A stretch of 36,771 bases of DNA, from the NCBI GenBank assembly GCA_045633385.1, contig JAZQYE010000259.1, positions 1-36,771 on the forward strand, read 5' to 3'. Each line of letters begins with the position of its first letter. Positions within the stretch are counted from its first letter, which is position 1. Source of the stretch: Eubacteriales bacterium. Lineage in GTDB: Bacteria; Bacillota; Clostridia; Oscillospirales; CAG-272. Made by a program: the position numbers and the translations under genes. Below the pieces are notes generated by a model. It worked only from the letters and a program-made list of their open reading frames with translations. It did not search any database and was not told the origin of the DNA. Shown one piece after another: positions 7,123-16,172 of the stretch.

Positions 7123-9936
7123 TTATTTGATCTGCAACAGAACCGTGCAAACGGCGTGGGGACGGCACTTGCCGTACACAACGCCATCGGTGACGGTGAG
7201 GTCGCAAACGGGGTTCTCGTTGATGTCGGTCAAGCGTGCCGCACGAATGGGAGACGCGGCTTCGATCGTCCAATCCGCATCGCTTTCGGCAGGTGCAAAG
7301 AAGCGTACGACGTATCCGTTGCCGTCCTCGGCGGTCTTGAGTGCCGTGATACGTACGTTATCGCTCACGCGCAGGAATTGGTGGCAGAGCGGCAGGGTTC
7401 CTTCCTGCTTTTGCATGGTCGCCGCGCAGAAGGGGCGCGTATGCAGGAACGCATCTGCCATACGGTAGAGAGATGCGTCGGTGGTAGGCTTGGGGCACAC
7501 GCCAATGCCGATGCGCAAATGATGCACACCGTATTCGGGGTACGGGTCTGGATCGTTGGAGGCACGTATCAGGGCGAGTGCCAGCATATCCTCGGTAAAG
7601 CGGAAGCCGTACTTGGAGTCGGAGATCAGCATCAGGGATGCGCCTGTCTCGTCCTCACACAGCGGTACGGCAAAGGAGCTTGCGGGCACGTCGTAATTGC
7701 GCGGTGCGCGCTCGATCGTTCCAAAGGGCACGTCATAGCGGCAAAGGGATGCACGGTACGCAAACGGGAGGGCAAAATTGAGCTGGGGAATATCGTTTGC
7801 TTTGCCGATCTCGTGAAAATCCACCGTAACGTCGTATTGCAAAAAGCGACTGTTTTCGTCCAAGGAGAGCTCAACGCACAGCGCAGATCTCGTTGCAAAC
7901 GCAAATCGGAAGCATACCGACTGCCGCACGCCTCCAAGGTCGATGCGCTCAATGGAGACGTTTTGCGTTTCGTGCAGATTTTCGATCTTCATATAGTCAC
8001 CCACGCGCCAGGACGTCATGCCCTGCAGGGTGTTTTCGGTGATCAGGCGGAAGAATGCGGAGGGGCTATCGATTAGCTCCTTGCCCGTACACTTGTCGGT
8101 CAAACGCTCCAAAACGGCGGTTCTGATATTCAAAACGGCGCACAGGTGCTCATTTTCCAGTACGATGCTCTCACGCTTGGGGTCGCGTCTTTCGTGCTGA
8201 ATGGGCATGAGCGGCAACGTGGGGGCGGCATCGGGTAAAAGATCCAGCGTGTAGGTCGCATATCCAAATGCGGGAATGCTGACGCGGAGCGCAAACGTTT
8301 TGTAATCGTGACCCCAATACATCGTACCGCCGTTTAACAGCTTGTGTGTGACGGTCACACCGTTGATATCGGTAAAGGAAGCCTTTGCCGTATCGTATTT
8401 CCAATCGTACACGGTGCATTCTGTCACGCCGTCAAAATCGTACTGCGTGGGGTTAAAGAAGTGCAATAAGCGCTTTTTACCGGAGCCGCGCTCAGCGCAT
8501 GGCATTTGGTAGTGCGATTTGGCATCTACGCCAAATCCGACACCACCGCCCTCGGCAATAGAGAGGGGATCGGGTGAGAGCGGTGTTGCCGAGGTGTCGA
8601 TCTTTGCGGCAATGCTCCGCATGGCAAGGTTTGCGTTGGTACCAACGTAAGCCATGGCATCCTGGAATTTTCCAAGCGCGTGCTCACGGGTATCGACCAC
8701 GCCCGAGCCGGGGAGGATATCGTGGAACTGATTGAATAAAACGTGCTTCCAAGCTTTTTGGAAGGAGGCGGCAAAATCCTTTGCACCCGTCATAGTCGCC
8801 GTTGCAGAGAGCGCCTCGCTTTCATAAATGCGGGATTCGGCAATACGGTTGGCACGCTTGATTTTTGCCTGCGAGGTGTAACAGCCGTTGAAGACGAAGT
8901 TGATCTCACCCTCCACCACGGGCAGGAGGTCTCGGTATTGTTCAAAGTCCTTGAAGAACGCGCCAAAGGTGCTAAAGAGCACGGTAGGCATAATGGGCCA
9001 GGAGGCGATCTCCTGCAATCTCTCCACATCGCGGCGGGTTGGACCGCCGCCGTGGTCGCCCACACCAAAGACCTTTAAAAAGCAGGGGACGTTGTTGGAT
9101 TTTGCGTGCAGGGGTGTATCCCATAGCATATCCCCCTCGATGTCGGCATTATACCAATGGGGCTCGCGATAGACCAAAAGCTCGCCGCCCGCTCTGCCGC
9201 GCCACACGTAGGCACTGGTCTCCAGATCGTCCTTGCCGCGGCAATGGTAGTAGTATTTTACGCCGCCTGCCGCGCAGATCTCGGGAACCGATACGTTGTG
9301 TCCAAAGGTGTCGGGCTCAAAATCGAGCTGCAGGGATTCTGCGGGGATCTGCAACAGCTTGCTCAAATAACGCTTGGTGTAAAGTATGTGCCGCGCAAGG
9401 GATTCACCGCCAGACATATTTTTATCTGCTTCGACCCATGTGGAGGCAGATACCTCCCAACGCCCCTCTTGGATGTAATGACGGATCTCGTCCAGCATTT
9501 CGGGGGCGTATTCTTCGATAATGGCGTAGGTAGAAGCCTGCGATTGCGCAAAGGTAAGGGTGGGGTATTCGCGCATCAGGTTGAGCACCGTACGGAAGGT
9601 ATCAACGGTGACCGATACCGTTTCCTGAAATCCCCACATCCAGTTCATATCAATGTGCGCGTGGGCAATACAGTGAATGCGGTATTCCTTTGCCGCAGCT
9701 TGCAGGGGCATCAAAAGCCCCTCTGCACGCAGAGCCGCCGCTTTGGTGATCACACCGCCGTCGGCATCGATCGCCTCACGCAGGGCTTGTATTGCGGCGC
9801 AAACGGCATCGTCGTATTTGCCGTCCTGCGCCGTGGAAAGGGCCTCGGCAAAATGCAGCTCGCTGACGATGCGCGTGGCAAAGGGAGATGCGTTCAAAAA
9901 CGATTTTAAAAACGTAAGCTCGTGATACGGGATCAT
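7123..9936 (-). CDS. Alpha-mannosidase, glycoside hydrolase family 38
   Basis: 937 aa; Zn-binding HAHIDMNWMW, nucleophile region PDTFGH, GVGDHGGGPT, FNQFHDILPGS; RBS GGAGG; no signal peptide. Confidence 0.92.
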   Translation of the reverse strand: MIPYHELTFLKSFLNASPFATRIVSELHFAEALSTAQDGKYDDAVCAAIQALREAIDADGGVITKAAALRAEGLLMPLQAAAKEYRIHCIAHAHIDMNWMWGFQETVSVTVDTFRTVLNLMREYPTLTFAQSQASTYAIIEEYAPEMLDEIRHYIQEGRWEVSASTWVEADKNMSGGESLARHILYTKRYLSKLLQIPAESLQLDFEPDTFGHNVSVPEICAAGGVKYYYHCRGKDDLETSAYVWRGRAGGELLVYREPHWYNADIEGDMLWDTPLHAKSNNVPCFLKVFGVGDHGGGPTRRDVERLQEIASWPIMPTVLFSTFGAFFKDFEQYRDLLPVVEGEINFVFNGCYTSQAKIKRANRIAESRIYESEALSATATMTGAKDFAASFQKAWKHVLFNQFHDILPGSGVVDTREHALGKFQDAMAYVGTNANLAMRSIAAKIDTSATPLSPDPLSIAEGGGVGFGVDAKSHYQMPCAERGSGKKRLLHFFNPTQYDFDGVTECTVYDWKYDTAKASFTDINGVTVTHKLLNGGTMYWGHDYKTFALRVSIPAFGYATYTLDLLPDAAPTLPLMPIQHERRDPKRESIVLENEHLCAVLNIRTAVLERLTDKCTGKELIDSPSAFFRLITENTLQGMTSWRVGDYMKIENLHETQNVSIERIDLGGVRQSVCFRFAFATRSALCVELSLDENSRFLQYDVTVDFHEIGKANDIPQLNFALPFAYRASLCRYDVPFGTIERAPRNYDVPASSFAVPLCEDETGASLMLISDSKYGFRFTEDMLALALIRASNDPDPYPEYGVHHLRIGIGVCPKPTTDASLYRMADAFLHTRPFCAATMQKQEGTLPLCHQFLRVSDNVRITALKTAEDGNGYVVRFFAPAESDADWTIEAASPIRAARLTDINENPVCDLTVTDGVVYGKCRPHAVCTVLLQIK

Positions 9937-9975
9937 AGAAAAAATCCTCCGACTTTCGTATATTTTGATTTGGCG

Positions 9976-10155
9976 TCAGGCTCTTTCGTTACAGCCGAAC
10001 ACCGGCATTTTTTTGCGGACCTCTTGCTTGGTGGATTCTACCTTGAGGTCGCGAATATCAAGATAGGGGAGATTGCGGCTCAAGCCGTTCTGTATGGCAA
10101 TGTTAACCCCAATGTTGGGGTTGTTTTTGATATTGTCCACGTTTTCATCTTCCAA
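9976..10155 (-). CDS. Putative small protein (59 aa; 54 aa if started at GTG 10140)
   Basis: Below the ORF-track cutoff; MEDENVDNIKNNPNIGVNIAIQNGLSRNLPYLDIRDLKVESTKQEVRKKMPVFGCNERA; fills the space between the promoter and GH38; RBS weak. Confidence 0.4.
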   Translation of the reverse strand: MEDENVDNIKNNPNIGVNIAIQNGLSRNLPYLDIRDLKVESTKQEVRKKMPVFGCNERA

Positions 10156-10170
10156 TTGCTCTTACCTATA

Positions 10171-10199
10171 ATTATACACCGCAAAAAGGAAAAAATCAA
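10171..10199 (-). promoter_or_regulatory. Sigma-A promoter for the small ORF and GH38
   Basis: TTGATT-17 nt-TATAAT on the minus strand. Confidence 0.65.
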
Positions 10200-10269
10200 C
10201 CTGTTTTTTGTTGATACCGAGCGGAGAAAGCAAAAAATATTATCTACTATTCGTAGAGTTGTATCCTTT

Positions 10270-10297
10270 CACACGGGAGCACAGGACTGCATACAAT
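10270..10297 (+). promoter_or_regulatory. Putative mother-cell sporulation (sigma-K/sigma-E type) promoter
   Basis: CACA-16 nt-CATACAAT matches the B. subtilis sigma-K pattern mACm-N16-CATAnnnT; CATACAAT is also the sigma-E -10 consensus. Confidence 0.5.
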
Positions 10298-10337
10298 GAG
10301 AATGAACGCATTGAAATGCAGAAAAGGAGATGATGAG

Positions 10338-10565
10338 ATGCAGATCGATCAAAGAATGTTGAACCGCTTACTTGCGATGAATGATGCACAGCTCTCGGAG
10401 GTGATCAAGACCGTTGCCGCCGAATCGGGTATCGACGCCGCACAGCTTGGTATCAATCCAAACAATATTGCAAGCATACGGCAGGCACTCGGCTCTGCCA
10501 CGCAAGCGGATCTTGCACAGTTTAACGCCTTGTATGAGAGCTACCGCAATCAAAAAAAGCGCTGA
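10338..10565 (+). CDS. Small helical hypothetical protein (75 aa), probably sporulation-associated
   Basis: RBS AAAGGAG before ATG 10338; MQIDQRMLNRLLAMNDAQL...; first of three closely spaced genes. Confidence 0.75.
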   Translation: MQIDQRMLNRLLAMNDAQLSEVIKTVAAESGIDAAQLGINPNNIASIRQALGSATQADLAQFNALYESYRNQKKR

Positions 10566-10592
10566 TGCGCGCTTTTAAAAAGGAGAAACGAT

Positions 10593-11051
10593 ATGGACGA
10601 TAGGCAAGCTCCAATGCAAAATCCGACGGGGAGCGGCATAGAGGGGACACTTGGAGCGATTTTGAGTGATCCGGCTCTGATGGAGCGCATCTCCGGCGTG
10701 ATCAAGGGGGAGGCAACGCCGAATGAAGCAGACGGTGCAGGCGGAGAGAACCGTGTCGGAGCACCCGTGGCAGGTGCCGACGGTATCTCTTCGGTGCTCT
10801 CCGACCCTGCCATGATGCAAAAGCTACCGCAGGTCATGGCAATGCTGGCACCGTTGATGAACGGCTCAAAGACCGCACAGGGGAGCGAGCGTGCAGAGGG
10901 GAGCGGAACGGGCAACGTGCGTGATAAAAAATGCCAGCGTGACGATCTTTTATTAGCGCTCAAGCCCTTTTTGTCTCCCGCAAGATGTGAGGCGATCGAT
11001 ATGCTGCTCCGCATTTCACGTCTTGGCAACGCCCTGCAAAATTTCAAGTAA
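10593..11051 (+). CDS. Hypothetical protein (152 aa), clostridial spore-associated type
   Basis: RBS AAGGAG; repeated (I/V)LSDPA motif; C-terminal LLLALKPFLSPAR..AID motif that I recognise from clostridial hypothetical proteins. Confidence 0.78.
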   Translation: MDDRQAPMQNPTGSGIEGTLGAILSDPALMERISGVIKGEATPNEADGAGGENRVGAPVAGADGISSVLSDPAMMQKLPQVMAMLAPLMNGSKTAQGSERAEGSGTGNVRDKKCQRDDLLLALKPFLSPARCEAIDMLLRISRLGNALQNFK

Positions 11052-11062
11052 GGAGGAGTGCT

Positions 11063-11518
11063 ATGTATTCCCGTTATCATGACCGTGCGGATGGCGGCGC
11101 GATCCGCATTCCCGCGCATTACAGCGGCTGTGCTTTTTCGGATACGCGAACCGACGTGTTGCCAACCCGTTTCTTGGAGGTCGCAAAGCCCTCTCCCGCG
11201 CATTCTGACGGGCAGGAGATCAAAACGGAGGCATCAAGGCTTGCACGGGTGTCAAAAGAACCGAGCGAAAACAGCCCTCTTTGCAATAGCGTGGATGGTG
11301 GCGACGCGTGCGCACATAACCCGACGCAAACGTCGGAGCAGGAGGACTCTCCCGTTTTTGCACTTCTCAATCCCGTTCGACAGTTGCTTGCAAGCCTGAA
11401 GGGCGGGGGACAGGAGAGCGACCGCATTTTGCTCATCGGCTTGATCCTTTTGCTATCGCAGGGAGAAAAAGACAGCGATATTCTGCTCTGGCTGGTTCTT
11501 TTGTTGCTTTGCGGATAG
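11063..11518 (+). CDS. Hypothetical protein (151 aa) with a C-terminal hydrophobic hairpin
   Basis: RBS AGGAGG; N-terminal IPAHYSGCAF; C-terminal DRILLIGLILLL...DILLWLVLLLL. Confidence 0.75.
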   Translation: MYSRYHDRADGGAIRIPAHYSGCAFSDTRTDVLPTRFLEVAKPSPAHSDGQEIKTEASRLARVSKEPSENSPLCNSVDGGDACAHNPTQTSEQEDSPVFALLNPVRQLLASLKGGGQESDRILLIGLILLLSQGEKDSDILLWLVLLLLCG

Positions 11519-11546
11519 TCTTTTTTATGTTTTCTTGCAAAAACTC

Positions 11547-11575
11547 TTGCTTTTTTGACAAAACTATGGTATCAT
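11547..11575 (+). promoter_or_regulatory. Putative sigma-A promoter with extended -10
   Basis: TTGCTT-17 nt-TATCAT, with TG-n immediately before the -10. Confidence 0.5.
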
Positions 11576-11609
11576 ACTCATAGAACGTAAAAACAAGGAT
11601 GAGTATGAG

Positions 11610-12953
11610 ATGAAGAAGGTTTCGCGAAAGCTGATTTTGTTGCGCGTGATCCTCGCAATTCTGATCCTTTGCAACATGGTTGCGATCTATTTCTTCTCGG
11701 CACAAAACGGCGCGGAGTCCGATCAAACGAGTCAAAAGGTCACCATCACGGTTGCAGGGGTCGTGATAAAGGATTTTGAAAATAAGACACCCGTAGAGCA
11801 AGAAAGCATCGTCAACGAGCTTCACCCACCCCTGCGTAAGATCGCACACATGCTGGAGTTTGGCTCGCTTGGCGGCTTGATCCTTTTGTTGCTGTTGACG
11901 TGGAAGGGAAATTTGCTTGTCAAATGGGGCATTTCTCTTGGCGTGACCCTGGTGTATGCGGCTTTGGACGAGTGGCATCAATGCTTTTCCGAGGATCGCG
12001 GTGCGCAGGTAAAGGACGTGTTGATCGATCTTGCGGGTGCGGTGTTCGTTTGCTCCGTTTTGCTGTTGTTGGCGTATTTGGTGCGTCGCGACCAAGCGCA
12101 CACGCGCATCACACGCTACGCGCTTTACCGTGAGGATGCGTCAATCGACCTCAAAATTGCGGTGGTCGCCGACCTGCACGGTGCACCGTACGAGGCGCAT
12201 TTAAATGCCCTGCGCCAAGAAAAGCCGGATATCATTCTGATTCCGGGGGATCTGATGGAGGATACCGAGCTTGCGGACGAGCAGGCAACGGGTTACGCAT
12301 TTTTGCGCGCCTGCGCCGCGCTTGCCCCCACCTATTATTCGCTTGGCAACCATGAGATTGCGTGCTACCACAAGGGCAACCCGTGGCGACACCCCGTTCC
12401 GATCTTTCCGAGTGACGAGATACGCGCACGCATTGCTCAAACTGGCGTAACTCTGTTGGATAACGACAGCGTTGCGTTTGGAAAACTGTGCATTTGCGGT
12501 TTGACCTCGGGCATCAACGGACACGCGAACCATCCAAGCCCCGAGGCGGTCGAACGCTTTGCAAGGGCAGATGGTTTTCGCATTCTGCTTTGCCACCACC
12601 CCGAATATTACGTTCCCCATATTCGCAAAACGGGCATTGAGCTGACGGTTTGCGGACACGCGCACGGGGGACATTGGCGCTTTTTCGGCAGGGGTGTTTA
12701 TTCCCCCGGGCAAGGACTGTTCCCCAAGTACACCTCAGGCGTGATCGACGGCAGATGCGTGATCAGCCGCGGCATTGGCAATCATACGTGGATCCCGCGT
12801 ATTTGCAACCCCACCGAGCTGGTGATCGTTGAATGCGGCAAGCGTACAGAGGCGATCGATCAGCCCCGTAAATATCGAAATGATGAGATTTTTGAAATGG
12901 AAAAGGAGGCCCAAAACAATGGCTGTGATTCAAATTACGTCAAAGAATTTTGA
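11610..12953 (+). CDS. VanZ-like membrane domain fused to a calcineurin-like metallophosphoesterase (YkuE-like)
   Basis: N-half: IYFFSAQ, LRKIAHMLEFG, YAALDEWHQ, DVLID (VanZ). C-half: DLH, GDL, GNHE, LLCHHP, GHAHGG, SRGIG (metallophosphoesterase). Confidence 0.85.
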   Translation: MKKVSRKLILLRVILAILILCNMVAIYFFSAQNGAESDQTSQKVTITVAGVVIKDFENKTPVEQESIVNELHPPLRKIAHMLEFGSLGGLILLLLLTWKGNLLVKWGISLGVTLVYAALDEWHQCFSEDRGAQVKDVLIDLAGAVFVCSVLLLLAYLVRRDQAHTRITRYALYREDASIDLKIAVVADLHGAPYEAHLNALRQEKPDIILIPGDLMEDTELADEQATGYAFLRACAALAPTYYSLGNHEIACYHKGNPWRHPVPIFPSDEIRARIAQTGVTLLDNDSVAFGKLCICGLTSGINGHANHPSPEAVERFARADGFRILLCHHPEYYVPHIRKTGIELTVCGHAHGGHWRFFGRGVYSPGQGLFPKYTSGVIDGRCVISRGIGNHTWIPRICNPTELVIVECGKRTEAIDQPRKYRNDEIFEMEKEAQNNGCDSNYVKEF

Positions 12954-13227
12954 AGAAGTCGTGCTCCGCTCCGAAAAGCCCGTACTGTTGGACTTTTGGG
13001 CGGCTTGGTGCGGCCCGTGCCGTATGCTCTCGCCCGTAGTGGACGAAATTGCAGAGGAGCGCACGGATATTTTGGTAGGAAAGATCAACGTAGATGAGGA
13101 AGAGGAGCTTGCCGCTCGTTTTTCCATCATGAGCATTCCCACGCTGATCGTATTCAAAAACGGTGAACCCGTTCGCCAGACCATGGGCGTACAGCCCAAG
13201 GCGGCGATCCTCTCTTTGCTGGACTAA
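12919..13227 (+). CDS. trxA: Thioredoxin
   Basis: WCGPC active site, SIPT cis-Pro motif, RBS AAGGAGG, 102 aa. Confidence 0.95.
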   Translation: MAVIQITSKNFEEVVLRSEKPVLLDFWAAWCGPCRMLSPVVDEIAEERTDILVGKINVDEEEELAARFSIMSIPTLIVFKNGEPVRQTMGVQPKAAILSLLD

Positions 13228-13239
13228 AGTCAAAAAAAG

Positions 13240-13263
13240 AAGGGAAGCCGAACGACTTCCCTT
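13240..13263. terminator. Intrinsic terminator between convergent trxA and nagB
   Basis: AAGGGAAG-CCGAACGA-CTTCCCTT with an upstream A-run. Confidence 0.65.
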
Positions 13264-13276
13264 AACTTGATGTATT

Positions 13277-14881
13277 TTATGCCTCTTCGCTGAATACCAC
13301 GGTCAGATCGGGGTGGAGCTGAAGGATGGATGCGGGGATCTCGGGCGTGATCGGTCCGTAGAACGCGCGCTCCACAATATCTTTTTTGGCTTTTCCGCTT
13401 GCGATCAAAACGATCTTTTTTGCCTGCATGATCGATACCATACCCATGGTGATCGCTTGGCGCGGCACGTCGCTCTCTTTTTCAAAGAAGCGTGCGTTGG
13501 CGCGAATGGTGGATTCGTGCAGATCGACCACGTGCGTGTTCTTTACAAAAATATCGGCAGGCTCGTTAAAGCCGATGTGACCGTCAAGACCAATGCCGAG
13601 CAGCTGCAGGTCAATACCGCCCAAACGCTCGATGCGCTCGTCGTATTCCACGCACTCGCGTTCCATGTCGGCGGCACAGCCGTTGGGGACGTAGGTGTTC
13701 TCGCGGCGAATGTTGATGTGGTCAAAGAAATTGGTTTGCATAAAGTAGCGGTAGCTTTGCGGATCGGTCTCTTCAAGTCCGACGTATTCGTCGAGATTGA
13801 TAGAGGTAACGCCCGAAAAATCGATGTCTCCCTTGTTGTACCAATCGATCAATTGACGGTAAATTCCGACGGGAGAGGAGCCGGTTGCAAGACCGAGCAC
13901 GCTTTTGGGGTTCATGATCACTTGTGCTGAAATGATGTTTGCTGCTTGACGGCTCAGCTTGTCGTACGTTTGAACGGTGATGAATTTCATAGAATTTTGT
14001 TCCTTTCTCTCAATAGCGGTGTTATCCTTTTTCTCGCTGACGCGGAAGCTACCCGGAGGGGAACCCATCACGCGGCGAAATACGGTGCTGAAATAGTTTT
14101 GGTCAAAGTAACCGAGCGTTGCGGCAACCTCGCCAACTCGCTTGCCGGATGCAAGCTGCTCGGCGGCGCGGCGCATTTTCATCTCGGTAAAATAGCGGGA
14201 GACGCCCATGCCGGCGTATCGGGTAAAGATCTTTTTGAGTGCCGACAGACTCAGGTTGCAAAGCTCTGCGATCTGTTGCGCGCTGAGCTGCTCGTGAATG
14301 TGCTCGTGCAAGACGTTGACGATCTCCGCATAGCGGATCGCCGAGGGAAGCGTAGGGTGCGCGGTGGTTACGTTGCTGTCGTTTTTGGTCATCAAAAGCA
14401 ACCACAGCTCCAAGCGAATGCGCGTCTCGTTCAAAAGTGCGCGGTCGTTGGTCTTGAGTCCCTGCGCCGCGTTGGCGCAAATGCTGCACAGCTCTGCCTG
14501 CTCCTCATCGGAAAGCTGCAGAACGCGCGAGGCAAAGGATGGAACTGCGGCGGCAAAAAACGAAAGGTTGTACACGTGCGGCATGGTGCCAAACTCCGAC
14601 CAGATGCGATGAAATTCGTTGGGGGAGTGCAACAGCATTTGCCCTGCCGAAAGGGTATAGATCTCTTCCTCAGCGGTAATTCCAACCGTTCCGTCCGATA
14701 CGAACACAAGCTCGTAAAAGGGGTGACGCTCGCCCTCGTAGTTGTGGTTTTGATCAAACAGACGGTCTAACGAGCGGTGAAACGCCAACACGTCCGGACA
14801 GCGGGCAATGCCGCAATCGGTCAGAGGACTGAGTTGATTGTTTTGAATTTCTCTGGCTGTTTTCAAAGGTTTTGTGTCCAT
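13277..14881 (-). CDS. nagB: AraC-family regulator (cupin + HTH) fused in frame to glucosamine-6-phosphate deaminase
   Basis: N-part: HPFYELVFV..PNEFH cupin and VAATLGYFDQNYFSTVFRRVMGSPP HTH. C-part from M at 13990: VLGLATGSSP, NLDEYVG, LLGIGLDGHIGFNEP, PASILQLHP. Start placed at ATG 14881, downstream of the promoter. Confidence 0.88.
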   Translation of the reverse strand: MDTKPLKTAREIQNNQLSPLTDCGIARCPDVLAFHRSLDRLFDQNHNYEGERHPFYELVFVSDGTVGITAEEEIYTLSAGQMLLHSPNEFHRIWSEFGTMPHVYNLSFFAAAVPSFASRVLQLSDEEQAELCSICANAAQGLKTNDRALLNETRIRLELWLLLMTKNDSNVTTAHPTLPSAIRYAEIVNVLHEHIHEQLSAQQIAELCNLSLSALKKIFTRYAGMGVSRYFTEMKMRRAAEQLASGKRVGEVAATLGYFDQNYFSTVFRRVMGSPPGSFRVSEKKDNTAIERKEQNSMKFITVQTYDKLSRQAANIISAQVIMNPKSVLGLATGSSPVGIYRQLIDWYNKGDIDFSGVTSINLDEYVGLEETDPQSYRYFMQTNFFDHINIRRENTYVPNGCAADMERECVEYDERIERLGGIDLQLLGIGLDGHIGFNEPADIFVKNTHVVDLHESTIRANARFFEKESDVPRQAITMGMVSIMQAKKIVLIASGKAKKDIVERAFYGPITPEIPASILQLHPDLTVVFSEEA

Positions 14882-14920
14882 TCCCGTATATCTATTTGGA
14901 TTCGGATATACTATAATATA

Positions 14921-14949
14921 ATCATAACACAAGAAAAAAGGAAAGTCAA
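14921..14949 (-). promoter_or_regulatory. Sigma-A promoter for araC-nagB
   Basis: TTGACT-17 nt-TATGAT with extended -10 TG-n. Confidence 0.68.
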
Positions 14950-15013
14950 GAGGTTTCTCTTTATTTAAAGATTTTTTTGAAAAAATTAAGACAGAAAGGT
15001 AAATCAAAAAGCA

Positions 15014-16081
15014 ATGGAACAATTGGTACATATCTTAGAGCAATTCGGCGTAAAGGCAGACGCTCTGCCTCACGGAAACGGACACATCAACAGCACTTTT
15101 TTGGTTGACAGTAAGCCGCGCGTTATTTTACAGCGCATCAACACCTCCGTATTCCGTCGCCCCGAAGAGGTTATGGAGAACATTATGGCAGTTACCTCTT
15201 ATCTGCGTGAGAAGATCGAGGCGGCAGGCGGTAACCCCAACAAGGAGACGCTGACCTTTTTGCGCACTAAGGACGGCTTGCCCTACTACAAGACCGAGGA
15301 CGGCTCCTACTTTAGAGCCTATTACTTTGTAGAGGATACCCTTTCCTTGGAGCAGGCAGAGACTCCTGCCGACTTTGCAGAGGCGGCACACGGCTTTGGC
15401 AGATTCCAACGTATGCTTGCCGATTTTCCCGCAGACCGCTTGTACGAGACCATTGAAAAATTCCACGATACCGCCAACCGCTTTGCACAGCTTGAGGAGG
15501 CGATCGCCAAGGATGCGGCAGGCAGAGCGGAATCGGTTGCCGATGAGATCGCGTTTGCACGCAAGTACGCAAAGTACGCAACCGCCATTACCGATGCCAT
15601 TGCAGAGGGGACGGTTCCGCTTCGCGTCACGCACAACGATACCAAGCTCAACAACGTTCTGCTGGATGCACAAACGCGCAAGGGCATTTGCGTCATCGAT
15701 CTGGATACCGTTATGCCCGGCTCGATGCTGTACGATTACGGCGACGCATTGCGCTTTGGTGCTTCCACGGGTGCCGAGGATGAGACCGATCTGGACAAGA
15801 TCCATTTCGATCTGGAAAAATTCGAAGCCTTTACCGCCGCGTTCCTGGAGGAGCTTGGCGACAGCGTAACGCCCAAGGAAAGAGAGCTGATGCCTCTTTC
15901 GGCGCTTATCATCACGTTGGAGATCGGTATCCGCTTTTTGGCAGATCACCTTAACGGTGACGTTTACTTCTCCATTCACCGCGAAAACCACAACCTTGAC
16001 CGTTGCCGCACGCAGTTCAAGCTGGTGTACGAGATCGAGCAGTATCTCTCCAAAATGGCAGAGATCGTTGCACGTTATTGA
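15014..16081 (+). CDS. Aminoglycoside-phosphotransferase-fold kinase, N-acetylhexosamine 1-kinase (NahK/LnpB)-like
   Basis: GNGHINST, LQRIN, HNDTKLNN, IDLDTVMPG, RFLADHLNGDVYF; RBS AGAAAGGT. Confidence 0.82.
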   Translation: MEQLVHILEQFGVKADALPHGNGHINSTFLVDSKPRVILQRINTSVFRRPEEVMENIMAVTSYLREKIEAAGGNPNKETLTFLRTKDGLPYYKTEDGSYFRAYYFVEDTLSLEQAETPADFAEAAHGFGRFQRMLADFPADRLYETIEKFHDTANRFAQLEEAIAKDAAGRAESVADEIAFARKYAKYATAITDAIAEGTVPLRVTHNDTKLNNVLLDAQTRKGICVIDLDTVMPGSMLYDYGDALRFGASTGAEDETDLDKIHFDLEKFEAFTAAFLEELGDSVTPKERELMPLSALIITLEIGIRFLADHLNGDVYFSIHRENHNLDRCRTQFKLVYEIEQYLSKMAEIVARY

Positions 16082-16091
16082 TCGAAAAAAG

Positions 16092-16120
16092 ATCCCTGCC
16101 GACAGCCCGTTGGCAGGGAT
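16092..16120. terminator. Intrinsic terminator between convergent genes
   Basis: ATCCCTGCCGAC-AGCCC-GTTGGCAGGGAT, preceded by an A-run. Confidence 0.72.
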
Positions 16121-16172
16121 TGATCTATTGACGGCGCGATGCCACAAGGTGTAAGGGCTTGGTGATACGCAG

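Noticed and set aside
9922-10299. 125-aa plus-strand ORF between GH38 and the sporulation-type trio
   Set aside because: Crosses two divergent promoters, lacks an RBS and is antisense to the better-placed small ORF
14882-15031. 50-aa N-terminal extension of the AraC-NagB ORF
   Set aside because: Runs through its own promoter and overlaps the divergent kinase start; similar over-extensions were trimmed for comM, trxA, the RluA gene, sufC and the SBP
15014-16081. Aminoglycoside resistance kinase
   Set aside because: Motifs and the position next to nagB fit the NahK-like sugar kinase branch better
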